Shown: in pieces, positions 12,812-27,235 of the stretch
Layout: the number at the start of each line of letters is the position of its first letter
Position numbering within the stretch: position 1 is the stretch's first letter
Source of the DNA: Cycas panzhihuaensis
Lineage: Eukaryota; Plantae; Cycadophyta
DNA length: 64,000 nucleotides
Assembly: GCA_023213395.1 (NCBI GenBank)
Contig: CM041465.1
Location: forward strand, 130,269,741-130,333,740
Direction: 5' to 3'
Notes under the pieces: generated by a model
Seen by the model: only the letters and a program-made list of their open reading frames with translations
Database searches by the model: none
What the model was told of the DNA's origin: nothing
Position numbers and translations under genes: made by a program

Positions 12812-15207
12812 TGTAGTAAATTGAATTACTCAGTCTTGGCTAACTTAGAAGCATTGTTCTTGTTGACTTACAAGAGATATTCAAACCAGTATTTCACTCT
12901 GTCTTGGTCGACCTCTTTATGGAGACATAATCTAAATATATAAGGGTTTTAGGGGCTTCATTCCTAAGCATCCTAGCATTGATTTAGTAAGGTATTTTCG
13001 GCCTTCAAAATAGTAATACTTCAACCCTTTGGGTAGAAGTATTTGGAGGCTATCTCACCACAGAGAGGGAGCATTATTTTAACTCCAATATTGTGCTTAA
13101 TTAAGATTTCATTACCCTATATTTTAGTATCGAATATAAAAAGGAAAAGAGAATGTCAAATTAGACATCTTATTAAGGCTACCAAAGGAGAATAATGGGG
13201 AAATATCTCTTAGGGTAGTAACAGTAGCAACCCCAAATTGGACTCAAGAATTGATTACAAAATACAAGGGTGATCCATTCTCATAGAAAGTGTTAGAAGA
13301 TATATGGACCTAAATGACGTTAAGGTTTGATCTACATGGAGATTTGATTCTATAAAAAGGAAAGATATTTGTCCCAACAAAGTCCAAAGTAAAGGAGGTA
13401 TTAATAGATGAGACTCACTCAGCACCTACAGGAGGATACACAAGACTTAATAAAACTTACGAAAAAATAAAGAGTTATTTCTATTGGAATGGGATGAAAG
13501 CAGATATCTTAAAAACTATATTAGAATGTGAAATTTGCCAATGCAACAAAGGAAAATATGTGAAAAGCTCTAAACTATTACCTCTACATATACTAGCCCA
13601 AAAATGGGAAGAAATTTCTATGGATTTCATTACAGGGCTACCATGCTTAGAAGGAAAGGATGTTATTTTTGTAGTTGTGGATAAACTTACAAAATATATG
13701 TACTTTAGAGGGACGTAAGCTATAATGAAGGCAAATCAGATTGCATAAGTATACATGAAAGAAATACATCAATTGCATGAGTTTCTAAAGATCATAGTAA
13801 TAGAGACCCAAAATTTACAAACTATTTTTTATAAGATCTATTCAAATTAACAAGAACAAAATTGCATATGAGAACAGGTTATCACCCACAAACGGATGGG
13901 CAAACAGGGTCTATAAATAAGTGTCTAGAAGGATACCTATAAAATTTCCCCTCAAACAAGCAAAACCAATGGCATAACTGGCTTCGCTTAGCAGAATGGT
14001 GGTACAATACCACATACCATACATCAACTAAAATGATGCAATTCTAAGTATTATAGGGATATGAATCCCCATCTATACTTACCTAGACAAAAGTATCATA
14101 AGTTTAATCAGTCTGTGAATAATAAGAGTAGGTAGAGCAAATAGTATAAATATTAAAAGATAATCTAAATACTGCAAGGAATATGATGAAACAACAAGAA
14201 GAAAAGATAGAGAGGAGTTTTGAAGTAGCGGATTAGGTCTTTCTTAAACTTTAACCCTACAAACAAGTATTAATGCAACAAACAAACAAACAAAAATTAG
14301 CACCGTGATTTTACTAACTATACCAAGTCAAAGAAAATATAGAAGAAGCAACATATCACCTACTCTTACATCTAGAAACTAAATTTCACAATGTCTTTTA
14401 CGTGTCCTGTCTAAAAAAGAAGATACGTGAGAAGATAACTCCTCAAACAATAATTCCAGAATTAGACAAGGAGGGAAGATGACTATTAAACCTGAAGGGA
14501 TCTTACGAACAAGGATGAGAGAACTACACTTTAAAAGAATCCAAGAGTTTCTCATAAAATGGAAGACTTTAGATACAAAAGATGCCACTTAGGAGTTCGA
14601 AGCATGGATGCAATAACATCCCCATTTACCCATGCTTTGAGGGCAAAGTATGTTTTCGAGGGGTGGGACATGTAATAAACTAAATTACTCAGTCATGGTC
14701 AACTTAGAAGCATTGTTCTGGCCAACTTACAGGAAAATATTCAAGCAAGTATTTCACCATGTCCCGGATGACCTCTTTATAGAGATAGAATCCAACTATA
14801 TAAGGGTCTTGGGGGCTTCATTCCTAAGCATCCTAGCACTGATTTAGAAAGATATTTTTGGCCCTTAAGGTAGCAATACTTCAACCCTTTAGGCAGTAGT
14901 ATTTGGATGCTACCTTACCTCAAAGAGAGAACATTATTTCATCTCTAATACTATGTTTAACTGAGATTTCATTACCTTATATTTGGTGATATTTTACTCA
15001 TTCATCCCTTATTTACTTTGTGATTTAGGTAGGCCTCTTTTACATTCATTTATTGCTAAATTATTATCATATTTTGTTATTACTTGTTATGTATTATTTG
15101 TACTCATAGTCCTTTCCAACAGATAAATTCAGTTCCAAGCAAATCTTGTCACTACATATAACCCCTAGTATAACTCTAAATATAAATATTCTAGTTAGAG
15201 TGTTACA
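12812..15207 (+). mobile_element. Internally deleted chromovirus (Ty3/Gypsy): partial 5' LTR 12812-~13127, integrase plus chromodomain, PPT, 3' LTR 14671-15207
   Basis: 12812-13127 aligns with 14671-14985. 3' LTR TGTAAT...GTTACA follows the PPT GAGGGGTGGGACA. KWEEISMDFITGLP, YHPQTDGQT, and chromodomain EFLIKWKTLDTKDAT*E. Confidence 0.9.
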
Positions 15208-15749
15208 AAACTCCTTATTAAAAAGAAACATTCAATGCAATAAAAGGCTACATGAATCTTCCTAGTAGAAAAAATAAGGCCTTTGTACATAAAAATAAAG
15301 AACCTTTGTATTAACTGTATAATGATAAATGGTCATGGAGGTTTTTTTTTTTTTTTTTTCGCTAATCCTTTTTGGAGGGTGCTCTCAAAGCTTAACAAGT
15401 TAGCTATTTGGAGGTGCTTTACATTTTTAATCAGTATCCATTTGGTTTACCCCAAGTTTCTACTGTATAGACGATGGTTCTCTAATTATAGAGCTTTCTA
15501 AGTACAAGAAAGGCTTTTTAGGGTTATTCTTAGTAAAGGTAGGTTTTACACAAGAAGACTATATAAAGGAGCCCTCCCATTAAGAGGGGTTATTTTCTTT
15601 GGTTTCCCATGATTAAGCAACCTCTATTCAAGGTTAGGGGTATTTTTTCCTCTTGTTTTATTCCCTATTTTTTGGTGGGACAAGGAGATCTAAATGCAAG
15701 GGTTTGTAGGCCCTTATAATCATTTATTTTCAAATAAAATGTTATGGGG

Positions 15750-18700
15750 AATGTCAAACAATTTAGGAGGGAACTCTATGAGTTTTAGAACGTTATAAAA
15801 TCTGGATTAGAAAAGTGAAAGAATAAGAGATAAGTTTATATGATTAAGAAATGTGGTTTTCTAAAAAAACTCAAAGCTCATATTGATATTTCATTAGATA
15901 AGGAGCACATCTCTAACGACTTTGATATTTTGTTCCACAAGGGACTAGTGTGTAAATTTTATAATCTTTGTCCTAATTTAAATGGTATTAAATCGTGGAT
16001 TAGAAGTTATTATTTATGTTTCATTTTTATAGAGCCAAAAAGACTATTTATGTTTATGGCTTTCTTTATTATAGTTTTCCACTTCCCTAAGGATAGAGAA
16101 AAAAATTTAGAGTTAATCCTTTAATTTATGGTAAGAAATTAAATATATATAACAAATTGGGATATAACCTTTGACATAAAAGAAGAAATGCCTAATTATA
16201 TCCCAGTATGGATCAAGATGTTAAGCTTTCCCTTGAATTTTTAGAGAGAAGAAATTGTTAAATTCATTGGAGATAAACTAATGACATTCATTAAAATAGT
16301 AGAATTGATGGGAAGGAGAGAGTTGGTTTCCTTTGCTTGAATTTACATGGAAGTGGACGTAATAAATGAACTAGCTAATTCTATTATTTTGAAATTGAAA
16401 GGCCAAAAATATAATTAAGTGTTTAATTATGAACAAGTTCCTTTTAAATACAACATATGCCATGAAGTGTCCAATAAAGCTAGAGATCCCAAAAAAAGAA
16501 TCAGTGATAAACGACTCAAAATTTTTTTCAAGAGCTAGGAGGAGAAAGGATAAGAAGTAAATAAAGGATATGGGCATCAAACTAGAAAAGTACTAAAATG
16601 ATTTTAAACATTTAACTCAAGAAAAGTTAGAGGATACTTTAAATTTGGTTAAAAAGGACAATGATACTCCTAAGTGATTAGGACTATACAGAGACTAAAG
16701 GGACAACCACAAATCCTATTCTAGTAGAAAAATATGATTGAACTAGAGAAGGAAGAGGAACTAGACTCTACTTAAGATCCAATGACAAGTGATGGAGAGC
16801 TATATAAGAAATTTAAACATTTGATAGTGGAGGATGAATTAATGACTTTAGGAGGAATATAGTTAGTTAAAACATAGCCAACCCTGATGGATCCTAGTAT
16901 GATTGTTAAAAATAAGATTGGAAGACTTGAGAATGCAAAAAGTTAGACAATGCTTTCCACTCAAGAAATTAATAATCATAAACAAAACTAGCTACCTCTC
17001 TAAACAGATGAATGGATGGGGTAAGATTGAAGAAAGGCTCTATCTATATCCTTAGAAGATAATAATTATATCATGGAATATTAAAGGTTTAAAAGAGCCT
17101 TACAAAAGAAAACTATAAATGAAAAACCACATATCGTACTCTTATAAGAAACTATATTATTAGAAGATGAGATCAAAAGGGCAAGTAGGCTTTGGCCTAA
17201 CAATAATTTTGATATTTTATGCATTAGTTTAATGGGTCAATCTAAGGGACTAGTTATAATTTAGAACACTAATTTATATAAGAAAGTTAATGAAGTAAAG
17301 AACCAATCATGTATTTACACCCAATTGGAATGGTTAAACTCAAACAAAGTTTAATATTTATGGGCCTAATTAGTGCTTTAGCCAAAGAATTTTAGCAAGA
17401 GTTATGGGGTGATGGTGCTTTAAATTTTCCCCAAAATTATATTATTGGTGGAGATACTAATTTAATCCTGAATCTAGAAGAAAGGAAGGGAGGACTATCC
17501 TTTCTGGATCATGTATTTAAAGGGGCACTTTAAATGATAAAAGAGTGGTATTAAATGGATATTACACTAAAAAATAGTATATTTTACATGGTCAAATAGA
17601 CACAAAGATAGTGCATTAATTCTAGAAAGACCAGACATATTTTTAATAGATGAATCCTTTTTGGATTTTAAGTGTGGTTTTAAATCTCAAATCCTTTTAA
17701 AAGTCAAATTTAACCACACTTCAATATCTTTACAGATGCATGGGTACTATTCCCATCCCAACAATCCATTCAAATTTAATCCCGGTCTCATATCACATCT
17801 ATTTTTCTTAGAGAATGTTAGTATATAATGGAAAGAGCTTCATCCATAAGGATCAAATAAAAACACCACACATGAAAAATGGAAAATTTTAGAATGTAGA
17901 CTAAAGGAGATCAACACAATTCATACCCTTAGAGCTATTATGGATGAGTTAATGAGAGAAAAAGAAGAGATTATATCCAAAATTGAAGTTTTTGTAAAAG
18001 AGGTAATATCTCTAATGAGGTTGAGATCTAAGGTGTTATGGGTGAAATAGGGGGACAATAATACAATATTTTATTATAAATAAATGTTGGTTTATTTGTA
18101 AACGAATAGAAAATCTTGCATTCAAAGAGTAAATGGAGAAAACATTGTTCAGGAATTAGAAATCAAAAGAGATACTAAGGTTCACTTCTAAGCATTTTTA
18201 ACAAAGGATGAAATTGATAAATATTAGGCTCAAAATGAAATGCTAGAGGTTATCCCATCATTGGTAAGCCTTAAAATAAATTCAAAATTGGTTAAACATG
18301 TTTTCGATGAGGAACTAAAAGAGACTATATTCTTCTTCTAAATTGATAAATCTCTAAGTCCTAATGGGACCTAAACAAATTTCTATATAGTTGCATGGGA
18401 AATCATTTCACAATATTTACTAACAATGGTTGAAGAATTTTACATTTTAGGGGAGATCTTGAAGGGCATTAACTCAACTTCTTAGCTATCATTCTAAAGG
18501 AGAAAGAGGCATGTAAATTTGAAATATTTATGCCCATTTCCCTTTGTAGTCTTTTTTTACAAAGTTATATCCAAAATCATTACTTGCAAAATTCAATCAA
18601 TTATTATTTTGAAGGAGCACGGTGGATCAATTAAAGGGTATTAGATATTAGATATTTGATGGGATTATAATGGCCCAAGAAGCTATCAATTCTACCGTTC

Positions 18701-20593
18701 ATGCAAATAGTAAGTAAATGATTATCAAATTAAATTTCACAAATGCTTATGATAGCTTACACCACAAATTTCTACTCAAGGTCATAACAAAAATGGGTTT
18801 TGATAACACTCTAAATAAGTGGATTTAAGAATGCATTAGTCATAGATCATTTGTAATTCTAATTCATTAGGTACTTACTTACCTTTTCAAAGCATCCAAA
18901 GGGATTATACAAGGGTGCCCTTTATCTCTAATTCTATACATTGTGTTTGTTGAAACCCTAAGTTAGGCTCTAAAAAAAGGCCAATGAAAGAGGTCTTGTT
19001 AAAGGGGCGATTATATCATCTAGTTGTGAAATTATAAATCACCTATAATTTATTGATGATGCCATGATCATGGGCCAAGCAACATTATCAGAAGCTAGAA
19101 ATATTAAGAAGAACTTTGACTCAATTTTCTTAGTAAGTAGTATATAGTGAATTATGGGAAATATATGGTGGCCATTTATAATGGCATTGCATCTATAGCC
19201 TCTAGAATAGCTAAAAATTTCATATATAAATATGAAAAGTTAAAAAAACTTATTTATATATTTAAGGATACCAATTAAACCTGAGAGGCATTCAAAGCTA
19301 AAATGGGCTTCAATTTATAGAAAAACTCAATAGAAGTTTAATCATTAAACTTATAGATGGTTGAGCTTTATTGACAAAATGACTCTAATTTAGTCAATTT
19401 TAGCTTTAATACCTCTCTATCTTATTCCCATAATTACTTTGCCAAACAATGTCATTTCAAAGTTAGAATAATTTATGAGGACCTTCCGTTAGAAGGGAAT
19501 TAAGGAACTTGAGCACACTAAGTTTCATCTAAGATCATGGGATAAAATTTATATTCCCATGAAGTATGGTGGATTGGGAATTCAATGGATGGCATTTCTC
19601 TTTAAGGATGTGCCAAATTAGTTCAGTATTACATTATAGAACCGACTAGTTTTTGGAGTCAAATTTTAACATCTAAAAATCTAGATTTTAGAGAGCCTAT
19701 AATGATCATAGTCTCTAAAACCATTCCTTGAGTAGCATTGGTGGTTTGGTCTAATATGTTTCATACTCCTTAATTCCTTATGACTAATGATCTTGACTTG
19801 TTGGCAATATATCAACTATAAATATTTGGTCGGACACACTAAATATAAGATTACCAATAGAGAGCAATGGGGAAATTTGAATGCTCATGGAGTGGTTTAT
19901 TCATAAAGACAAGATCAAAGTGAATGATTACTTTAAAGTTGAAGTTTCTTCCTTCTTAAGAGGACAATACATCTTCTAAATTCCTAAATTTAATAGTGAA
20001 TAGGAAGATCACCCATTTGATTTGAAACCCAACTATGATTTGCTATTCTTGAAATCGATAGAAAGATAAATTCTTCTAAAAAAGAAAGATGATAGAATAA
20101 TTTAGGATAATTCTAATGGGACAATTAATTATTCAATGGGTCTTCTTTTTTCTTTTTTGATAATATGAAATAAACAGATGGAATCGAATCTTTGTTTGTC
20201 AGGGTTTGTCACCCTTTCATCAAATTCTCCCCTATAACCCCCCGTGAGGGTCGAACCTAGGACTTCAAACAATGTAAGGTAGATACCTACCGATGCACCC
20301 CAATGCCTAATCTATTATTTAATAAGTCTAAGTATAAGGTGTTGAATGAAGATTTATATGAATCTTTGTATAAGTAGTATAATAAACGGTTAGGTTTTAG
20401 AATTCTGGTTAAATTCCAAAGATCATAACATTATTTTGATTATTATAGCATAGGGTTTTATTAACTACTAAACATATGGAAAAGACAGGAATAAATAGGC
20501 CCCCACAATGTGAGTTGTGCAAACGAGATGCTAAGGATCACACTTTTTTTTTTCTTAACTACTCTTACACTCTAGAAGTTTGGCAATATTGCC
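15750..20593 (+). mobile_element. Old L1-type LINE, 5' segment: ORF1 (DUF4283-like), endonuclease, RT, zf-RVT; heavily decayed
   Basis: GLVCKFYNLCP, PVWIKM, IISWNIKGL (~17065), KGIIQGCPLS and FIDDAMI (RT), CELCKRDAKDH..LNYSYTLEVWQYC. Confidence 0.85.
20197..20307 (-). mobile_element. tRNA-derived SINE inserted in the LINE
   Basis: Minus strand GGCATTGGGGTGCATCGGTAGG (A-box-like)...GGTTCGACCC (B box, 20248-20257). GC-richer than the flanks, with imperfect flanking repeat AATCTTTGTTT / AATCTATTATT. Confidence 0.65.
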
Positions 20594-21992
20594 TATTGCT
20601 CTCTATTACTGCACTCCCCCAGGGATTGGCTATAATAAGGTTTAATTTGCATGTTCAATGAATAAGTAAAGATAATCGAGAGACAATTGCAAAATGCTCA
20701 ACTTTGACGCATACTCATTAGCTTGTGTAATATAACATATACATAATATATGCAATATACACAATTGAAAAGTAAACGGCCATTAATCAAGTTTTTAAAT
20801 GAACAATTTCATAAATAAAAGATTTTTTGGGTATTTGAAAGATGAATTAGTCTTATTGGAGAATGTATTAGATCATGACATTTCAAAAGCTAAACAAAGC
20901 ATATGAGTGTGATGATAACTAGCTTTAGCTAGCAATGGCTAAATGTTTGCAATGTCTTCATTTACACCAACATAAAAATGATATAGAAAATCACATGCTC
21001 TCAATACCCAATATTAATGAAGATACAATGTTATCGGCTAAGTTAAGCAAACATTCATATGGATATTAATAGTGAGCCTTAAAAAAGAACACCATGACAA
21101 TCTATTGGTAGATATAAGCCGCGATGCAAATTCTACCTAGATTCCCCATAAGTAATTCATTCCTTAACAAACTATTAGATAGATTTTATAATAGTCTGAG
21201 AATAAATTCTACCATTTCCTAAACTTCAGAGAATACTAGATTTAATCTAAAGGCATTTAATACAATTGATTATGTAGTTTGGATGAGAAGAAAACTTAGT
21301 ACCTTCTAGTTGTCTAGGTATACTCCTAATACAAAGTGGCAAAAAATGTATTAAACAACACAAGTGAAGTCTCTAACATTGTTTGTTCATATCAAAGAGC
21401 ATATCATATGTTAAGGCTTAGTCATAAAATGATATTATTCAAGTGTACATGCAATGATCTACCAAAGAAAAGGAATTATAGGAAGGGGAAAGAATGTAGA
21501 AATCAAGAGGGTACTAGCTTTAGCCTAGCAACCACCTTAAACTTGCAAAAAGAAGAAAAATAAAATGATCACAAAAAACCATAGAGCCTCCAAATGAGAA
21601 TCCTTTGACCTCCCTTACCATGACCATCTTCTATTTTCTCCACATACCCAAAAAACAAATCCCCACTTTATTCCATCTACTATCCCTTTTATGCCATGCT
21701 TCGTAAATGTTCCCTTTATTAAAAATATGTTGCAATGGCCTCTGTTTTTGTTATAATTATTATGCCACCTCCAAGAAATCTTGCACTACTATTACAACAA
21801 CTCTTGGTGTGCCTTATCAATCTAGTATCATACCCTATAAAATAGTTGTAAATTAATGTTGATATGTAGTTAATATGTCCAACTATAGTACTAGAGTGAG
21901 TTGTTTTCCTTTCCAGTCAATGGACATCACTAAAAGGAGGGGCCCATGATAGTGATGTGGGTAGCTTTGATATTTAGAAGATGTGGCAAAAA

Positions 21993-22088
21993 GTCTAGCA
22001 AATATTAGCATTCTAGTCTTACTCCCCCAAATATCAAACAGTCTAGCAAATATTAGCATTCTAGTCTTACTCCTCCAAATATCAAACA
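21993..22088. repeat. 48-bp tandem duplication, present only in repeat A
   Basis: GTCTAGCAAATATTAGCATTCTAGTCTTACTCC(C/T)CCAAATATCAAACA x2. Confidence 0.95.
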
Positions 22089-22169
22089 TCTCCAAATTCT
22101 AATGTCATGCAATTGACTCATTCCTCACCCCTTTGTGCTCCATAAACAAACTCTCTAAAGCCATGTCAG

Positions 22170-22670
22170 TTGCTGTCATGGAAAAATTTTGATAGTTGAA
22201 GGTTGAAGATATGCAGTACCTGTTACTCTAGAGGCATCCATTGCATTGTTGCATTATCCAAACTCGGCAAGTTATGTTGATGATTATATCAAAGAACTTG
22301 CCCTAGGCTTCGCTATTAAAAGTTTGCATACATGCAACTAGCACAAACAAAGGACCTGACAATGGTTTTAGTCCATTGAAAACATGGAATAAAACTCTTT
22401 ACATTTAGATTAAGTTTCAATTCCTTTGAATGAGGTTTTAGTGTTGACTTTTTCTAGAAGTCATTGATCCTCCAAATGAACTTGGGAAAGATATTGAAAC
22501 CGTAGAACTAGAAGAGGTAGTTAGAAACTTTGTAACCAAAGAGATTGAAATTTGCCATTCTACTTGATGGCATTTGTGCATGTAGAGCAATAGGTTGAAT
22601 AGCTAATCAAGTCGTTGCTTGAAGTTGTAAGGTATTCGCATGTAAACTATTGCCTTCCAGGCCTGTAAGG
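22170..22670 (-). pseudogene. Ataxin-2-like CID3/CID4 C-terminal fragment, copy A
   Basis: SFPSSFGGSMTS/EKSTLKPHSKELKLNLNVKSFIP resembles the plant CID3/4 motif SPSSSVGSLSSEKSTLNPHAKEFKLNPNAKSF (overlapping PAM2 motifs). Confidence 0.75.
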
Positions 22671-23034
22671 ATACTAGATGTAGCTAATACATCAGAAAAC
22701 CTATTGGTATGGGAAGGGCAGAAACAGGAGTGCACAAGCAACTTTTATTTTCTTTGTCAAATCCAAATACATTCCTCGCAACATTCTTTTTCAATACTAA
22801 GAGAACTCCCCATCTTAAGGCTTTCCTCGAGATAAAACGATCATCTATAAAATGCCCAATACACCACTGAACCTATATAATGCCATATCTGCCCAACAAG
22901 GAATGCATTTCCATCCACCACCTAACTCACAGTGGACTCAATATTTTATTAATACCGGAGAAATGAAATACATAAGTTGTATGAGGTGTGGGAAATCTCA
23001 TGGCTTCAAGCTCTCCAAATAACTGCTTATTGAC

Positions 23035-23485
23035 CTCAGAACCACCATATTTGCAGCCTCGGACATGACGACATCCCCTCCAACCCCAGAAAACATCACC
23101 ATGAGTCGCTCATTACTGTACTCGTGTGTTACATTTGCACCAGAATGATGGCCATAGGGGGTGATTATGATTGTGATATGCAATACGAGCATGCATACCA
23201 ACAATATGCTTATATCTGCCATTTGTATATTTATGTAAGCGATCTGCCCTCTTTTGTCTTCCATCCTCAATAGACGAAGTAAAGCCCAATTCTGACCATG
23301 CCTCTCATTCTTCAATAAACTTGTCCCAATAATGCAGTAAAGCTAGCGAAGGGGAATTCTGAGCATGGCATCTCTGGCAAACACTGGCTGCTGAGAGATC
23401 CTTCACCATCTAGAAAGGATAATGCCATTCCAGTCGCACTTGTTGTGAAAATCACAACAATGGCAATCGTCTGTAGAAACCACCT
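23035..23485 (-). pseudogene. ZIP4/IRT3-type zinc/iron transporter N-terminal fragment, copy A
   Basis: IAIVVIFTTSATGMAL (TM1), LSSQCLPEMPCSEFPFASFTALL, and His loop HIVGMHARIAYHNHNHP. Confidence 0.85.
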
Positions 23486-24069
23486 CTGATAAAAACTACG
23501 ACTTCTCTCTAGTAGATTCGACAGAAGGCATGATGTCTTTCCTTTTTCATAGCCATTGTAGAGACAGTGGGATATAATAATCCGACCCCTGGAGATCTCG
23601 AGCCCTCAGGGAATTGATGAAAGAACGATCTTACAAGCTTCCTTAACAAGGATTTGCACCTATGGGGAGAAATACCGAGACCAAAAACCCTTCGTTAAAC
23701 CAAAGTAACACGCAGAGAATAAATATTGATAGCAAAAGGGAAAGGGAAAGTTTAATACAATGATGAGGATCATCCACCATGTATTAGGACACAAATAGCT
23801 TCCACACATTCTCCCTTTTATGGGATTGTTATTTTATATTTTGCGAGAGTATTCTATGCGAGATGGATTCATGCATGATATTGCTTTCTGGTTACTCGTC
23901 CCCCACGTTTACTCTCACCACATCGAGCCTTCCCATGCTCACCGTCTCCTGCACCCTCATCAACCAGAGCATACCTCTCTTTTCATTTCCCACACATACC
24001 TTTTTATATTTTAGAGGGTGTAATCTTTTATGAATCTTAATAATCTTTGGGGGGGCAATTATCATATGA

Positions 24070-27000
24070 TTCCCTCAATTGGTATTCTATTTCTAACAAA
24101 CAACTCTTGAAGACCTTTAGCACTATGTGAAGCGACATTCATATTGGATACTTACTCTTGATTCACAAGCTTAGGCATGCTCATACTAGTTCAAAAAAAT
24201 GTTTTTGTAACATCAATGGAATTACATGGTAAGAAAGAATATTGATTGTTTTATCATTAGTGGGATCATAAATTAGGGTTTTCTATTTAGCTATTTTAAG
24301 TTTCCATTCATAGACAAGAATTACATGATGTGAAGAAACATGCTTGACAAGATTTATAATCTCTTTTTCCATACATGAAATTTTGAAAACACATCGTTGC
24401 ACTCCTTTCTTGGCTTATTCTTTTCTACTCCTTCACTGAAATCATATCTGGTTTTCTTTATTTACATGTCATTTTTGAGCAAAGGCCAAAAATAGGAGTA
24501 ACATTTAGTCTCCTTTCTTTTATTAATCTCAAGTGAGTTGATAAAAAACAAAACTTCTAAAACAAAAGAACTTTTAATCTAATATGTATAAAATAACACT
24601 ACTCTAAAACCAAGTAGGGTATGATTAATAAGTTGTCCATTTAGAATGATAGACAACATGTCTCCATGTGGATTCAACAATTGGAAAACATGGTCTTCAA
24701 AATTACGTACATACAATTATAGATTGTAGAAAATGAGATGATGTGGGAGAAGAATCTCCTTACAAGACACCAACAAGTAGCAACAGTAGCCCTTTTGATA
24801 CCAAAATCCTTCAATCATGATATTTGGTTGAGGCTTTGAAACTGAAAACCATCTTTCTTCATCGCCTAGCTTAAGACTGAAATCGCTTTTGAAGTGGAGA
24901 CTAAAATATCATAAGTACGGGTCCAAGTGTTCGAGATTATAGGCCTCTTGGAACACAATCTGATTTCCTTTATTAGAATTTCTAAATTCATGCTACCAAA
25001 ACCATGTTGTTATACTAATTTGTCTAAATTTACTTCGACATCATATTCATGAATTGTCTTTTTAGAATCTTTCTCTTGAATAATTTCATCTTTTGTAATA
25101 TCATGAGAATCAAATAACAATTCTAAATAGATCATACTCTTAGTGTTCTCATTATATTTGGGTAGAATTAAATCTTCACCTAATATCATGCCTTCAACTT
25201 CTTCAATTTACTTTATGGTAGTTTCAATGGCATCATCATCTTCTTCCTCTTCCAACATGAAAGATAAAATGGATCCTTCATTCTCATAAATCTACCATTG
25301 ATCTTCATAGCTCAATATGGATGCGTGTACAATTATTTTAGCAGGTTCCTAATTATATAAGGAATCATCATTTAGATTAAATAAAAGTATAGATATTTTT
25401 TCATTAAAACTCATCCCCAACATCGAGTCTAAATCGTCATTTTCTTCATCAATGAGTGGAAGAAAATCATGTGTACATAGGACTATACAAGTGTCTAGCT
25501 CAACAGGGTACTCTATCACATCTCTAAGGATATTATACTCACTCTTCTATTGTTCATCAAAAACCTACAACTCTATGTTAACAAAAAATACATCAATCAT
25601 GTGAAGAACTATAGACGAGTCCTTCCCTCTTGTCATTTGAGATAATAAGTGTGTTGACAATGGGCTCTTGTTGTTCAAGAGGCTAGCCTCCCTAAATTAT
25701 TTTGAGTTGTTCAAGATTGAGAGTTTATCTTAAAAGAAATCTATTTCTAAAGTATGTTTGAATGAAACCAAAGCAACTTTTACAATTCTATCATTTGATA
25801 CTAATGTACCTCCACTAAAAATAGAGTGGTCTAACAAATTTTTATACTATATGTTATGTTCACCAAAAGTTAAAATATTACATTCATTGTCATGAGTAGC
25901 ATATATCTATTATTCTTTTGGTTTTATGATCATAATGGTAGATTGAATTCGAGTCTATTTTTTAGTATGCCCCTCACTTTATGTATTCTTTTGGTTTTTT
26001 TTTTGTTCCAATATTAACAACTCCATTTTGACGAAGTTCTTCAATAACATATCTAAAATCAGTAGCCTTCTCTTGTTCCTATGCGAAAGGTAAGATAGGT
26101 TTATTATCTTCGTAAGCCTGCCACTGATATGCATCATGTTTCTCAGCTTCTTCCATGATAGGCAAAAATTTGATATCATCTTCATTTAGGACTTTATATA
26201 TATATATATATATATATATCAACAAGATAGTCTAGTGTTTCCTCTAGACTTTCACATTCACTTTCTTATTATTTTGCAAAGAGCTAAAAACTACTATCAT
26301 CAACAATTATTCTAGCCAAGTGAAGAGTTGTACATGGAAAATTACCTAGTGTTGTTTTGGAAAACTTTTTACTATATCTTCAATGGCAACAACATTTTCT
26401 CCTTGTTGATTAATGAGATGGCCTCTTTTCGTTTTTTGAAAAATGTTCAAGCCTATTATGTCATCATGAAGAATTTATAATTTCTCATTGTATGGCATAA
26501 TTACTCCATGATTTGATGTTGACGTGCTTCCATTGAAAGTTGAAAAACTTGATAAGGTTTTATATCATACATTACTTTCATCAATGGCCATGTCATTATA
26601 TACATGCTCCAAGCAAGTATTAATCGCATTCTCTTTAGATCTTGTCAATACAAACATAGTTTGAGTTCTCATTTTGGTAGTTCTTCCAATATTGTAGCTC
26701 ATTCAATTTTTTGATAATGACCTATTCTTTTCAGTATAGGATCTCCTCCAATTTTTTTATTGTAGCATATTCTATTATAATATTTCCATTTTCACTGAAT
26801 ATAAAGTATTCTTCTAAAGCTCCATAAGGAATATTATAGTATATTCCCTATAAACCAAGAGGGTGACCCTACACCCAAGGGAGAAATTTGTCTTCTAGCA
26901 TTGCCTGATAACTTTTGCTAAAATCCTTAATACTAAAAATTACTAAGAATGCTAATATAAAAGTGAAGCATAATACCTTGTCATGCATTTACAGTAATGC

Positions 27001-27235
27001 TAAAATTGCTAATAGATTTTTTCAATGATCTCTCTAGAATAAAGCCTTGTGTTCTCTCTAAATATCTTACACTTCAATAGGTGGATATGTGGCCTCCCAA
27101 TTGATTAGCCAATCTTCAAAAATGAACAAATGTTGCTAAGCTATATCAAAAAGTCTCGAAAAAAAAAAGAAGGAAAAAATAGAAAGAAAAAGACATATTT
27201 ACAAGGAGAAATCTCCCAAGTATGGTTGCCAATTT
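24070..27235 (-). other. Internal region of the gene-carrying element: decayed acidic ORF remnants, no recognisable RT or INT
   Basis: Stop-ridden minus frames such as FRYVIEELRQNGVVNI and EEEEDDDAIETTIK; (TA)n at ~26195-26219. Confidence 0.5.
27214..27231 (-). promoter_or_regulatory. Degenerate primer-binding site (tRNA-Arg-like)
   Basis: CAACA-AAAT-TGGCAACCATACTTGGGA; 12-13 of 18 positions match TGGCGACTC(C/T)GCTGGGGA. Confidence 0.6.

Larger units (their letters stand above)
20594..24069 (-). repeat. Terminal direct repeat A (putative 3' LTR)
   Basis: Colinear with 27236-30555 along its whole length (roughly 75-80% identical by eye, with indels). Plus strand begins TATTG versus TGTTG in copy B. 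Confidence 0.85.

Noticed and set aside
20230-20307. tRNA gene
   Set aside because: A/B boxes are present but there is no convincing acceptor stem or cloverleaf; better explained as a SINE
21993-22088. CRISPR-like array
   Set aside because: Two adjacent 48-bp copies without spacers, in eukaryotic DNA, with no cas genes
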